The notes under the pieces are model-generated. The model was not told where the DNA came from and did not search any database. It was given only the letters and a program-made list of their open reading frames with translations. From Glycera tridactyla (lineage: Eukaryota): a stretch of DNA of 64,000 nucleotides. The position numbers were made by a program, and so were the translations under genes. Shown here piece by piece: positions 38,644 to 52,519 of the stretch (positions are counted from its first letter, which is position 1; every line of letters begins with the position of its first letter). Where the stretch lies: the NCBI GenBank assembly GCA_965644265.1, contig OZ286469.1, forward strand, positions 31,806,001 through 31,870,000. Reading direction: 5' to 3'.

Positions 38644-39667
38644 CAGTGACACCTGTGATGAGAGACTGCCCTAAGTATCATCAAAAAGAGGTCTCTCTAG
38701 AGGTGGTCTCTTGTTAGAGGTATAATTGACTGTCAGATAAAAATGCTATCCTGAAAAAGCTATGCATTGTGGAGGTGGTCTCTTGTTAGGGGTCTTGTGA
38801 TAGGTCTCACCGTATATCAGTGGTTCGGTCAATTGGAAATATGGAATATATATCACATTCTTTTTTGTTCAATTTGATTTTTGAGCTTCATTTCATGCTG
38901 CTTGAGAGTGTACCTTTCTACAAAGACCATCCTGACTGGCAACCACAGTAGTACTTTCCACAGTAAAGTGGAACCTCTGACGAGAGACCACCTCTGACAA
39001 AAGACCACTTTTACAGGGTAGCTTTCTTATTTGACTATGTCAAATACCTCTGACAGGAGACCACCTCTCTTTAGAGACCAGTGTCAAGTGACATTTAGGG
39101 TGGCCTCTCGTCGCAGGTTTCACTGTATAACCTGTCAGTAAATACCACTTTCAGATGTGACCATGGTCAGGGCTTATGTGTGGATGAAATGGTCACTTGA
39201 AGGGAATTCTACATGATCTCTGGAAATTCACTGATCAAAGACGGTGATCGTATCATTTAAAAAAACATGCAGGATCTTGTCATTGTAGAATCCAAGTAAA
39301 GAAAACCATTTCTTACAAGTATTATATATCATTTATATTTTCAGAGTGGACATGTGGGTCAAGGCGATCATCGCGCTTGGGATGGGCCCCTTGGAAATCG
39401 AGCGGATGTTGTGGAGATCAACTGATGCGGGGAATAGAGCGAGGAGATTCTACTTGCTGCAGCTGATTGATGGAACTCCAGCTTTGCAACGTGTACAGTG
39501 AAACCTGCGACGAGAGACCTCCTGATGAGACCATCTGCAATGAGAGACCACTACTACTATACAGCTTTCCTGTTTGGCATTGTCGGATATACCCCTGACA
39601 AGAGACCACCTCTTTCTAGACCAATTTTCATGACATTCGATGTGATCTCTTGTCGCAGGTCTCATTG
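38644..39667. mobile_element. Cluster of three GAGACC-family MITEs (38644-38812, ~38967-39125, 39496-39667)
   Basis: CAGTG(A/G)(A/C)ACC starts, (C)AGGT(T/C)TCA(C/T)(T/C)G ends, mostly TA flanks. Confidence 0.8.
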
Positions 39668-40877
39668 TATTGACAATTGGCTGAAATTGGTTTGTGACAT
39701 CGTGGATCTCATGAATGTTATCATAGTGAAACTTTATTGGGAGTTTGAATTCAAACAGTGTTCCCATGTATTAGGAATGAAATACAGCCACAGCAGACAG
39801 CAAGTTACACAAACCTACATTTGACATGAGGGTGAAGCCGTCAAGCATCCTGGTAATTAGCAAAAAGGACCGCAATTTGATAAATTCTGGAGACACTGTA
39901 TGGACTATTTGAAAGTTGTGAAATATAAAAGAAATGGGTATACATTCTATGAGTATGAACCCCACCCTTTATAGATATTTAATTGTATTATCACAGTAAT
40001 CAAGCAACCACCCAAAATCTGTTCAACATTTGATCATCCTAGTTTCTGCCAGTTGGTTCATCAGATCATTCAGTGAAGATGGATGAATTTGAAATTTTTA
40101 TTTGTTTTGCTCATTTTGATTCAAGAACTTTGAAATGCTTCTGCCATAGTATATGTATTAATTCTCCTTTAAGGAATCTTCGCTTACTGATGGATCAAAA
40201 TACTGTTTTGGAGAATGCCTTTTTATTAGTGTTTACTTATATTTCATGAGTGTTCATGCCCATGGTGTAAACAGCAACGGGCAACTGTTTTTGTGTTAAA
40301 CCCATGTAGATGGGTGGACATATGGGTGACCATGAATTACAACTTTGGCCAGTTGGGGCCAGTTGGCTCCTAAATATTTTGGCCAAATTAGAGCCCTGTT
40401 GATGCTTGTAGGGCACACATGGCATACATCGTCCTCTGGGTTGATACATGCCATTAAACATCAGTCAATCAATCAAGCCTGTCCTTGTTTATCCTTATGT
40501 TTGACTTTCATACGATGACCAAATCATGTATAATTCCTTTCTCAATAAACGATTATCTTTTCTGAAGTTGTGTAGTTTGGTGATCATTATCTCCATTCAC
40601 AAACCTTGTTGCTATCAGGCTAGAGCGCCAGCTTTCTGCCAGTCACATGTTTGGATATCATCTTGTGTTCAGGGTTTGTGAGAGTGATGTCTGCAGGGGA
40701 GAGAACAAACAAACACTGTTTAGATATCACATCCCAAGTTTCAACAGGTTTATATGGATCATGTGAAGGTGTGTCTGGACTGCCTTAGCCGTTCATCCGG
40801 TGTTCAGGGTTTGTGAGAATGATGTCTGCAGGGGACAGACCATTCAGCTTCCATGGACCAGGAACACATCTTGTATA

Positions 40878-41308
40878 CAGTGGAACCTGGATTGCTGCTT
40901 TGTGTTGCAAGCCGTCCATTCCGGTTCATTCTGCCTCCAACAGGGGACCGGTTTTTCAGGGTAGCTTTTCGATTTGACTCCGTCAAATATACCTCCGACA
41001 TGAGGCCACCTCTTTTGAGACTGTATTTTTGTGACATTTAGGGCAGTCTCTCGTTGCAGTTTTCACTGTATAATCCTTCAACCAATCATCAGTGGTGAAA
41101 TTTCTACAGATTTCAAATGATCTCACTTATTCAATGGACTTTGTATGTATTGACCTGGGTATTATTTCGCAAATTGAAGTACAGTCGAACCTGTCTAAAG
41201 ACCGCCCTCGGTCGCATCAAAAAGCGGTCTTTATGGGCAGGTGGTCTCTATAGAGGTCATTTACTACCATGGTTGCACCTCAGGTGGTCTTTACAGCAGG
41301 TTCGACTG
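40878..41308. mobile_element. Two TA-flanked MITEs (40878-41068, 41182-41308); the first abuts a family-2 SINE
   Basis: CAGTGGAACC...GTTTTCACTG and CAGTCGAACC...GGTTCGACTG, both with TA flanks. Confidence 0.85.
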
Positions 41309-41704
41309 TACCTACTTGCACTTGTAGCGGTGTTTGGATTTCTGGCCATGAAGTGACACAGGATATTGCTACAGAATGGACCGGAATGGACGGCTTGCAA
41401 CACAAAGCAGCAATCCAATTTATTAAAAATTACTCCCTGCAACAAACGATGGACCAATGGAAATGGATGAAGCCAAAATGGAAGACAAAATTGAAGACTC
41501 ATGACCTAGATATCCAAGCCTAAGAGCTACACATTTATTTCACTGGGAGTTGTTGAAGGAGATCTCCAATGGGGCATGAAAGTGGGAACAAACTCAATTA
41601 CCTGTCTGCATGCTGACAGCGATCTACTTGGGCTATATCGATATGCTGTCTCGCTCACGCATATTATTTGTATGCAACTATGCATATCCAAGCCGAAACT
41701 AGTG

Positions 41705-41858
41705 CACCTTTCAGGTTCCCCATCATCTTGTGTTCAGGGTTTGTGAGAGTGATGTCTGCAGGGGAGAGACTATCTAGCTTTCATTAACCAGGAACACACG
41801 GCATACATAATCCTGTGTTGATACATGCCGTTTAGCCTCAAACAAACAAACAAACAAA
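41705..41858 (+). mobile_element. 5'-truncated family-2 SINE with 12-bp TSD
   Basis: ccgaaactagtg at 41693-41704 and 41859-41870, with an (AAAC)n tail; a TPRT signature. Confidence 0.9.
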
Positions 41859-42069
41859 CCGAAACTAGTGTTTTGGCCGAAACAGATTTCGGCCAAAAAC
41901 TGAAGTAGGTAGAATTGGCGAAATAGTTTTGGATTAGATCATATACCTTTCACATAGTTACGACCAAGATTAGGTTGATAAGTCATGGACATTAGCATTG
42001 GTGAAGTTTAGTCTGCAGGTTGAGTAGTTTCATGATAGCATAGAAATCTCCATCCACTGGCTGAGATCT

Positions 42070-44645
42070 CATCACAGAAATGACACCTTGAGTGTCTGTG
42101 AATTTCATAAAGTTTCTCCATCCACTGGCTGAGATCTCATCACAGAAATGACACCTTGTGTGTCTGTGAATTCCATAAAGTTTCACCTGTTGAGGACCCA
42201 GAATGAGTTGTCTTGAATGATCCCCCCACGCCCTTTGCACGGGTGTCACAATATAGCACAAATGGAGCTGACGTGACAGTAAAACTCACAACAAAACCAA
42301 CATCAATTCAAAAAATCTGAGACAGAAAAATGTAGAAGTTTATTGGATTAAACACCTAAAGTCGTTCTTTAAATAAGACCTCCAGATAGTTACAGTAGTC
42401 GTCAGTATTGGAAATGGCTCTCAAAAGATGATAACGCTTCTATATCAAAGGTCTACCCTACATCAAGCCCTGGCACCATAACTGAGACACCCATCTTCAA
42501 ATGATTATTGTACATGATGCAGTCAAACCTGCAATGTGACCTTCTGAATTGCTTCAAGTACTGCGCTTCGCAAAAAGACCCATAGCTATCGGGAGTTAAG
42601 AGGTGTGTCTGAACTGTCAGCTACACTTGACACTTGACAGCTGAACTGTCAGGTATACTTGACAACCTTTTGGGGTACACATCATCTTGTGTTCAGGGTT
42701 TGTGAGAGTGATGTCTGCAGAGGAGAGAACATCCAGCTTTCATTGAACAGGAACACATCGCATACATAATCCTCCGAATAGGCCACCGTTGACCAGGGCG
42801 ACTACGTTTCCAGCCAATACAACTGATTTACTCAAAATATGCCTTTTGACGAGAGACCAACTTTTATCCCCATGTCAGGAAAGATGTTTGCTAACTTCTT
42901 TGGCTGTAAGAACGTTATCCACCCATTTAGAAAAACCAGAAACCTGGAAATTATTTCAATTATTGTTCAGGGTTGCATCCAGAGAGGGCATGAGGGAATT
43001 TCATACAGTTTCTCAAGTGAGGCCCCTTTTAAAGACAATCCGGGGCCACATTGCCCTATAAATCAAGACGAGGGTTGTACTTTTCCCTACTGTGTGAACA
43101 CATTTTCGGAATTTCCCTGAAGAAATGTCCGCTTTTGCGAATTTAAGGGGGCAAATTCCCCCAATTTTGGAAATTCCGGATGTATCGCTGATTCTTAACT
43201 TGTCACCAATATTGAGATTTGAACAAAAAATTAGGTGCTAGTCTTCAATTAGTCAGAAATCACAATATGAGTGTACGGCCACCCTGAACTGACACCCTGA
43301 GAGTACTTTCGACAATAAATGACTCCTATTGAAGGCAACTGCTTATAAAGACCACTTTGCTCTGTGATCAATGGTGACCTTTATAGACAGTTTCAACTGT
43401 ATGTGTACTTCATAATTTTTCACCATCCATTTATGACCCAGGATGAGGAGTCTTGAACGATCGCACCCATGCCCATTGCATGGGCGTCACAATATAGCAC
43501 AAACGTGACGTCAAACACCCAACAAAACAAAAAACAAGCCAACAATATGAACAAGAGAGCACAGGTGCGCCGAGAGATCTCCGATGAGGCGTGAAAACAT
43601 AAACAAACTGGATTGGGTGTCTGCCTCGCCCGCCGACCCTCTTTCACTGTGACCTATTTAGCATATATTAATACGCTGCCTCGCATGCTCATGCTATTTG
43701 CGCCTAGCTATACATACCTGAGCCACCGAAATCTGTGTAGTGCGATGATCAGCACCAACAAAAATGAGTGTAGGGAGAATTGGAATTCATTTGAGGGCTA
43801 TATTTTCTCAGATTGTCATTGATACGATCAATAGGCTGGTGTTAGATGACATCGTTCAAACTTTTCACACAACTCCGATCAGGATTCATTTAATGATATC
43901 AGTCTTGAGAGACAGGATTGATGAAGTTAGTAGGTAGTTCGAGCAGAGAGGTGGTGGGATAGAGATCTCCAGCCGCTGGCACAGATCTCAAAAACAAGCA
44001 ACCAGCCAGCTATTTGGCCTGGTGACATCCGTTGAAATTCACACCCCTTTGGTATTGCGTTTCTACCTCATGGTCATATGGTTTTGCTTTTATCACATGG
44101 ATTAAAGGAGAAATCATGAAAAAGTAGTTCTCGCCCAGCTGTGATGTATCACACGCAATACTCAACACCTGATACTTCACTGAAAATGGCACATCCATGT
44201 GATAACACTCAATATTCCTCCTATGAAAGGACTTTGTTCATGAAGAGTAGGTAGAGGTGTGTCTGAACTGTCAGCTACTTCCACTTGATAACTTTTCAGG
44301 TTCCCCATCATCTTGGGTCCAGGGTTTGTGAGAGTGATGTCTACAGGAGAGAGAACATCTAGCTTTCATTGACCAGGAACACACGGCATACATAATCCTG
44401 TGGGTTGATACATGCTGTTATACCTCAAACAAACAAACAAATTTCCCCCTCTATTGAAATGGCGATTTTGCTGACTGGTCGCCCGGAAATGATACCCCTG
44501 AGTGTCTAAGAATTTCATAAATGTTCACCTTCTGTTTGGGATCGAGAAGGAGGAGTCTTGCAAGATCCCACCTATTCCAATTGCATGGGAGTCACAATAT
44601 AGCCCAGATGGTGCTGATGTGACGTTAAACCAGAACCAACCGACC
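42070..44645 (+). mobile_element. SINE-like family 3 3' fragments (~42070-42300, 43420-43540, 44480-44645)
   Basis: Shared gagtcttg...gatc..cc...gtcacaatatagc...tgacgt...aaac ends; the 42045-42180 part is a 66-bp tandem duplication. Confidence 0.6.
43550..43790. repeat. Dispersed repeat starting aacaagag, second copy at 63795-64000; Helentron-like end
   Basis: aacaagag..cac..tgcgccgagagat.tccgat and tatattaatacgctgcctcgca are shared between the two copies. Confidence 0.55.
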
Positions 44646-45689
44646 ATTGCTGACTGGGTGGCAGTCCAGTGCCACCCACGCAGGAGTATCCCAAAACACA
44701 GACATGTTAACAAGTACAGTCGAACCTGCCCTGAGCATGCATTGGACTAAGCAAGAAGCTTTCTCTTACGAGTTAAAATAAAGTATGAAGTTTGAATTAG
44801 CAGACGTGCTGTATTATCCCACCAGAGTATTTTCACTTCAATTTATGTATACTAAACATGATCCCACCCCTGTCGACTGCGTGGGCGTCTCGATATAGCC
44901 CTGCTGTATGGTGCTGCATGGTGCCAAACAACCGCTGGTAGTTCTCGTATAATTACCCGAATATATCGATTATTACATCATTGGATCCCAGGATTGGATC
45001 CCAGGAGACGGTAAATGAATTGCTCCTCAACTATGTACCAGCTAAAGAAGAAAAAACTGGAATATGATAGACTTGCTTGAACACACTCATGGCATGTCGT
45101 TTGAAAGGGACCTGTTCTCATCGCCTTCACTCTACATATTACAGTTAGATGGGTAGAGGTATGTTTAAACTGTCAGCTACTTCCACTTGACAACATTCGA
45201 GTCCCCAACATTTTGGTTTTCAGGGCTTGTGAAAGTGATCTCTCCGGAGGACGGATCTAGCCTCCAAACCTCAACCAAACTAAAAAGATATACCTTCTTG
45301 GCCTATTTGTATCAGTATTGTCTCGCACTTTTCTTTGTGTATTCCGGTAAAAGTATAGCTAAATTATAAATGCAAGTCCCTCTTATCATTTCAATACAAA
45401 TATCTTTTGTTGAACCACAAAATCCACTTTTTTTCAGGAATATTGTCATATCAGAATGATCCGAGAATCCCTGGGTGTGTTCTCTATCAGGAACAATTTC
45501 ATTTGATAGATACATCATTGGCTCATCAGCTTGTAGATGACATCATAGACACATCAGCCCAAGATAAAGCACAGTCTCCACAAGTTTCTGATGTAGATTT
45601 ATTCACTTTTTTCAGGGCTAGACCATAATGATTCCATATTACATATCAGATAACATCACGGAATTTTCGTGGTGTTACAGAATCTTAGG

Positions 45690-46860
45690 ACCTCTATATC
45701 TTCATGCGTGGGACTTGTAGATGTTTTGATGAACTGGTTCTCATAGTTTTGGATTGCCTAGTGGAAATGTAGCTAAACATCTCTTTTGATGATTTCGGTG
45801 TGTGTTCAGATGTAAGGTCTTGAACATAAAAGTAGCGGTATGCTTCATAAAACTTTAATTCAGGTAGTCCAATTTGATCACCTCATGTAGGATTAAGGTC
45901 GGGGTTGTTTTGTCCTTCAATGAAATCAGCCTCACTGCAAAGTTTCGCACTCGTTGGAACATATGTGCCTCTTTTTGAGATAGATGATCAGAGAGTCTAT
46001 TAGACTATATCGCAGTTTACACAACATCAGAAACTGAGCCTAGGATTTACTTTACCCCAAAGATTCATACACCAGGAAACTTTTCTGTGATAAAAACACG
46101 ATTAACTGCACGAGGCAATCCTTTTTCATACTTTGATCTGGTAACAGGTGTTTAGTAGCAAGACTGTATATGGTTGGCTCAAAAGATAACACGTAATCAG
46201 ATATATATTTTTCATGTTTTGGAACATTTTTCACAAGAAAAGTGTTATGATATGGACAACTCTCTTAGCCTTTGTATGTTTCGATAAGTAAATGCTCGAC
46301 TCTTTATGTGTTACTACTTCTATGTGCGATTCATCATTCGAGGACAGGGTATTAGTATCTCACTTTTTACAGTATATGTTCAAAGCAAGCATAATGTTGT
46401 ACACATTGTGATATACCTGATTCTTTGGAGCGATGTGCTCTATAAATGACATTGCAATATCGGTAATTGGCATGTGAAGTTCCTTCATTGATACGAAGAA
46501 GTTTCTTCATCTAGAATCAGTCTTGAAATCTTCCCTATAGCTCAGTTAGTAGTCCGGGTGGATCCCCAGGCATTTGATTTCATTTATAATGTCAATTTCA
46601 TCATTATCTATTTTGATTCACATTCTTAAGCATGTGAGAAATACCCATAATCATGACCTGATTGTGTGTACAAATAGAGTTTAAGGCTGATGGCCAGAGT
46701 GCAACTGTGTTTGATTTCTCATTTAATTCAGTTTCCGAAGTGATTGGGTCTATATTTGTCATTCTGATAGCAATATAATCAGCATAAACATTTATTTCAA
46801 TATTTTCAAGATAATTTGGCAGGTCATCAATGTATATAGAAAGCAGAGGTGATGCTCATA
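45690..46860 (-). mobile_element. Decayed CR1/L2-type LINE RT and ORF2 C-terminus
   Basis: Minus-strand LLSIYIDDLPNYLENIEINVYADYIAI (RT YINDL...YADD motif) at ~46760-46840, and QRVRNFAVRLI...MFSYISTRQSKTMRTSSSKHLQVPRMK at ~45700-45960; many stops and frameshifts. Confidence 0.8.
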
Positions 46861-47759
46861 GGACATCACACACTGACCAACCACCTATATTCCCAATATT
46901 TTGAGATCACTGGCGATATGTGGACACCTTTTATGATGCGATGACGATATCAGGACACCCCTGACGATATTATGGACACCGATGATGGGATCCTAAATTC
47001 GTCATTTGCCGCCTTTTAGGTGTCCATATATCGTCACTTTTATTAGAGGAACATAGAATATTCAAAATTACAGATCCATGGGATCCGACTGTCAGGGGTG
47101 ATAATGGAAGTCTCGAGGAATGTCTTGGTATACTGTTCACACATTTAGATTTAAATGGAATCGAAACATTCAATGTGCAAGTGGGGGTTTCTGCAACCAG
47201 AGTCAAACAGAAGTACTATGTTTCAGGGTATCCAACTTAGACGCTGCATATTTACAAGCATTTTTAACATGAATTATAAGGTATATATGATCAAAATCAG
47301 GGAAATGTTCAGAGAAAAGTATTCTACTTGCAATATAATGGGATCCCAATAGTCAGGGGGGGGGGGGGCTTCAAATTCCCATGACGACATTAGGACCCTG
47401 CCGATATCAGGGCTCCCTACGTCACCGAGATATCCAAATCAGCAGGAAAACATTGTATGTACCAAAAAGTCAAGATTTCCCCCTTCGGCGACTAGACCAT
47501 TAGCGTGCTGTCCATCAGGCGATGCTAAAAAATCCCTCTCTCAAATATCGATGATAATTTACACCACTATTTCTATTCTATACCCCCATTTCTGTGTGTG
47601 GAATGTGAAAGTTCAAATTACATCATGTGAAATATAGACCACTAAGACCGGAACGATTGTGGTCGAATGTAGGCAGTCGCGATAGAATGTAGGCTATCGA
47701 CATTGAATGTGGGCAGTTTGCCGTCAAATGTTGGCAGTTGCTGTTGAATGTATGTAGAC

Positions 47760-48075
47760 AACCGACCGACCGACCAACCGAACGACCGACCGACTCGCTA
47801 AAAGCAGGACTGAATGACGGATCCACTGGCTCGCTGGCAGGCTGGCTGGCTGACTGACTGACTGACTGACTGACTGACTGACTGACTGACTGACTGACTG
47901 ACTGACTGACCATCCAATCCTCTACCCATCCATTAGTCCATCGATCAAGGAATCAATCCAGCCACCCATCTTGCCTGCAATCCACCAGTCCTTTCACCCA
48001 TCCACCAATCAATTAATCCATCCATCCATTATCCATCCATCCATCCATCTTTCCATCCATCCATCCATCCATCCA
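47760..48075. repeat. Compound microsatellite (GACC)n, (GACT)n, (ATCC)n
   Basis: Read directly. Confidence 0.95.
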
Positions 48076-48699
48076 TCAACCTCCCTTTCCGTCCATTTAT
48101 CTACGCATCTTTGCGTCAATCGAACCAATGAAGAAGCTGCCTTCAAGCAGGTGCAGAATAATGTGCATGAATGCCAGAGGGTGTCGTGAAACTGTGATGG
48201 AAAGCCATCACATGCGAGTGAAGTCAGTAAATGGTGTGGAGACCGCAGTGGTACCGTACAATCTGCGATGGCCGCAGAAGGTTTCAGTGTGTCGAAACAC
48301 CGCATGGCAGCCTCGCATGATAATTTATTCAACAGAAACTGCCGAATTTTCTGGCGGTTCCAGACAGATGCAAACTGACAATGAAGGCAAGCCCGAACAA
48401 TGAATGTGTTAACAACAGGTTCCCCTCATTCAATGGCACTCTACGGCGATATTTCCAAGCATTTTAAATCTTCCAAAACAACACAGTAGCATGTATTGGT
48501 TTACGGAATTCACAGACATTCGTTGACCTTATTTCGAAAAATAAAGATCACAGATTCAGGATTTGAGTGCAAAATCTGACTCAGCAACCAGTCCCACATT
48601 TCTGCAACTTTTTCTTTTTCTCCTAAATTTCAATCTTCACTTATTTCCTCACCAATTTGAATTTGTCTCTCATAATTTTATTTTCATTTCTGATCGACC

Positions 48700-48837
48700 C
48701 ATGGATCACGGAACAGACACATATGTTAAGCTCATCTGGGCACATCAGTTCTGGGTTCCTGGGGCTGCAACTAGCTTTACCAGAGATTGTCATAACATGG
48801 GGGACCGTAATTGTGAAGTTGGTTGGGAGTGAACAAT
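48700..48837 (-). pseudogene. Possible decayed ShK-like exon beside the Academ left end
   Basis: caactacag|AT TGT gives a phase-1 xC start; later LMCPDELNIC resembles a CPxxCxxC end with one Cys lost, and NYGPPCY appears in another frame. Confidence 0.25.
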
Positions 48838-50249
48838 CTGTAGTTGAACACATTAGTCCAGTGGATAAGCACAATGTTTGTGCACTTTTGGAAACAAGTA
48901 CCAAACTTGGCACACTTGTTCACATAACCAAACTGAATCATTCTGGATATAGAACCACGTTGGCAAATCCCTATATTGACGATTTCTGCCACTAGGTGGC
49001 GTTTTGCAGGCTTTACATGAATTTGGACAGTATAGGCATCTCAATAATGGGTATATCTCTGCAGGAATTGCATAAATTGTCTTTTGGGTTATAGGACCGG
49101 ACTACAGACAATCCCTACAATGATTAGAAATACTCTTGGCAAATCCCTATGTTGACGATTTCTGCCACTAGGTGGCGTTTTGCAGGCTTTTCATGAATTC
49201 AGACAATATAGGCATCTCAATAATGGGTATATCTCTGCAGCAATTGCATAAATTGTCTCTTGGCTTCTAGGACCAGACTACAGACAATCCCTACAATGAT
49301 TAGAAATATTCTTGGCGAATCCAGATATTGACAATTTCTGCCCCATGGTGGCATTTTGCAGGCTTTCCATGAATTCAATATGTATAGGCATCTCAATAAT
49401 GAATATATCTCTGCAGCAATTGCATGAATTGTCTCTTGGGTTTCAGGACCAGACCACAAACAATCCCTACGCGGATTAGAAATACTCTTGGCAAATCCCC
49501 ATATTGACGATTTTGCCACTAGGTGGCGTTTTGCAGGCTTTCCATGAATCCAGACAGTATAGGCATCTCAATGATGGGAATATCTCTGCAGCAATTGCAT
49601 AAATTATCCCTACAATGATCAGATAGACTCATAGAATATTCTGTGGGTTTTTTATGGGATAATTCTGGTCAGATTCTACAATTTTTGCATGAAACTCTGT
49701 CATTGACCCAAAATAGTCACAATCAAATCCACATTCATATTTGAAACTGAAACACCATAAACGTGTAGATGATTCTGAAACTGAAACACCATAAACATAT
49801 AATGGTTTGAGAGATATCCATTAATTTGTCATCTTCTATAGATCTAATATTGATGTCATTTTTAGTAACAGATGGCCAGTCATTGTGTATGTGCAAGTAG
49901 GTTCCACACAAGGTTACTTGAAGTAAACCTGATATCTCTTAAGCATGTGAGGGATATGCTAATCACATTAATTTTGCTTAAACAACCATGCATACAATGA
50001 CTCTAGAAATAAGTATGGACAGAATGATACGAGCATCAAATGAAATAGAACATATCCTGCTTATGAATTGTCAACTCTGAGCATAAAACTACATAACGAT
50101 GATACATCCAACACATCATACATCATTATCTTTTCGGAATGATGACACCATCATGACACCAATAAGTCATTATGTGGCTAATATCAATTTCATTCAACAA
50201 AACTGGGACTCATAAGGAAGAGTGTCATTAACAATGAATCACACTGTAT

Positions 50250-50880
50250 AAGTACAAGTACAAGACCACAACAGTGCATCTATGAACTGCATGCCAACAG
50301 CAACTAGAAGGCCTACATCCCATCTTGCATCCACATTCGATTGGCCTACGCCTTTGGAAGCAGGAGGAAGTCTTGTCGACATTGGCTCCATCAGTTCTCC
50401 TTTTTTTGCTATCCCCACATCATAGGGTCGGGGAGTACTATCTGTGCTGCCAGTGGCTCTCCTCAAACAAAGCCACTTCAATAAATGGCTTATCTTTCAT
50501 GGAACTGCAGAGCAGCTTTTGTTGGGGCAGATTATCACGCTTGAAGCTACCTTTTCCATATCAGCCTTTTGAATTTTACAGATTCAAGCTCCAGTCTCGT
50601 GAAGCAACTGCCACTTCAGGATACACTCTCCATACATCCCCTGCTTTTTTCTCTCCTCTGGCTGGGTATTCAGATACGTTATCATGTCCAGTAAGTGAAT
50701 GAAGAGCAGCTGGTAGTGGTTTGCAAGAGCATTGGCAATTTCATGAGCTGCAATGTATCAGAATTCTTTTTTCACTTCCAAAAGCTAGCCAAAGTTCCTC
50801 AGCATTCAGTCTATCAAAATGGGCAACTATAAGGACCAACACATCAGTATCCACTGTCCTTATGGGAATGTTCTGACTTC
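50250..50880 (-). pseudogene. Academ protein relic: XPG/FEN-like nuclease region and C-terminal CXC finger
   Basis: Frameshifted segments IRTVDTDVLVLIVAHFDRLNAEELWLAFG, LHSLTGHDNVSEYPARGEKKAGDVWRVYPEV (H3TH-like TGCD..S...GKK.AW), MEPMSTRLPPASKG and IECGCKMGCRPSSCC. Confidence 0.8.
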
Positions 50881-52047
50881 AGTACAGGCAAGTGTGTACA
50901 TACACTTCTTAAATTACAGGGATCTCTCATGATACTTCTAATTAGCATGTCCTAAGAATAAAAATACAGGTATGTTGACATGTCAACATGAAGAGCGGAA
51001 ACTGTGTGGCCCGTCTTATCCCTAAATTCATGTACTACAAGACAAAGTATTACTTGAATTTGGTTTGTAGAAAACAAAAAAAATCTCAGCTGAGCAGGTA
51101 TTCAACCAGCAACTTTTTGCCCCAAATACTTGATTCCATAGCTTGGATATTTCCAGATGGACTGAATGTATCAGTAAGTAATGTCATGCCTGAGTGACAA
51201 CCATTAATGATATGAACATGGCGCTGCTAAGACTCAATAAACATCTCTGGTGAGTTTGGAGATGGATTTGATGCTTTTCAAATCAGATGATTTGATGATC
51301 ACTTGTATCAAATGATTTTCCAAGATGAATTTGCAAGAAAAAATGAATGGGTTTTCAATGAGTTTTATGAAATCCATCCAATCACATATACTCAGTGTGT
51401 TATTCATTTGATTCCTCATGAGAGTACTTGATAACTGATACAAAAGGATGATTCATTCAAAAGGTACACCAATTTGATGAATCCTGGTATCTCACAAAAT
51501 GGAATGATACCTGTCATTGCCACCAGGTGGTGCTATCAGTCACAGATATGCCTTAGGGTGTTTCAGAATTTCACTTTTTTGCCGTTTCAACTTGCTGAGC
51601 TAGATTGGGGTGAGGCTTGGGTCCAGTAGCACCCATGAATTCTTTTGGAATTTTTTGAAATTTTTAAGTTGGTGCCTTCTTGACGTAAGAGTTGGTCACA
51701 ACAGGCCTCCCATCAGTGCCCAGCAGCCCTTATGTGAAAATGTAAACTTTCTTGTATATACATGAACAACAGCTCATTTTGAAGGTATTTTCATGCTGAT
51801 CATTTATTATAAGAGAACACATGGCATAAATCCTCATCTTCATGGTGTTGTGCTCACACAAAACCACAGTTTGCATTGAAATGTATACCATTTGTCAGCC
51901 CTGAGATTTATGCCAACACCCCATGTACATATCTAGACATAGGCAAAATATATCTTTCTGAGGTGAGGATATACTTTCATATTCAGTAGAAACACTTACT
52001 TATTTCAGACTTAGTGGTGGTGGTCAAGATTTCAAAACTGCCATATA

Positions 52048-52519
52048 CAGTCAAACCTGCTCGAGTAAAAACCTGTGCTAAGTGAAATCCTGTCTTAAGC
52101 ACATATGCCACGGACCGCCCAACTGTTTTTTCACTATAATTGTCCTGGATTAGGTAAAAACCTGTCTGACCTGAACAGTGAAACATCATTTTTGGTCCCG
52201 CGGTGCCTTCCATCCTGTCATAAGTTAAAAGTGAAGTTGAGATCAGCTCCATTTTGAGCAGTTCTACATTGCTTATTGCAGGTAATTTCTACTGTTTGGG
52301 CCGGTGCTGGTTATGTTAGAGAGGTGATTGCTTGTCACAGGTCATTTAAGAAGTATTTGGTATTTTGGCGAATAAATGTGATCGTTCAAGAGAGGTGATC
52401 ACTGTGTTTCTTATCCATATCAGACAAACAGTCGTGAAATCCTGTGCTAAGTGAAATCCTGTCTCAAATGAAAAAAACAAGTTTGGTCCCATGACTTTTC
52501 ACTTAAGACAGGTTTAGAG
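52048..52519. mobile_element. pogo/Tc1-type MITE inside the hAT element
   Basis: TA|CAGTCAAACCTG start, degenerate CAGGTTTAGAG|TA end, internal cctgtgctaagtgaaatcctgtct repeats. Confidence 0.6.

Noticed and set aside
38477-39440. Selenoprotein via in-frame TGA read-through
   Set aside because: No recognisable selenoprotein motif or SECIS, and a TAG follows shortly after.
48128-48403. 91-aa plus-strand ORF after the microsatellite
   Set aside because: No recognisable domain or splice context, and overlapping ORFs occur on both strands.
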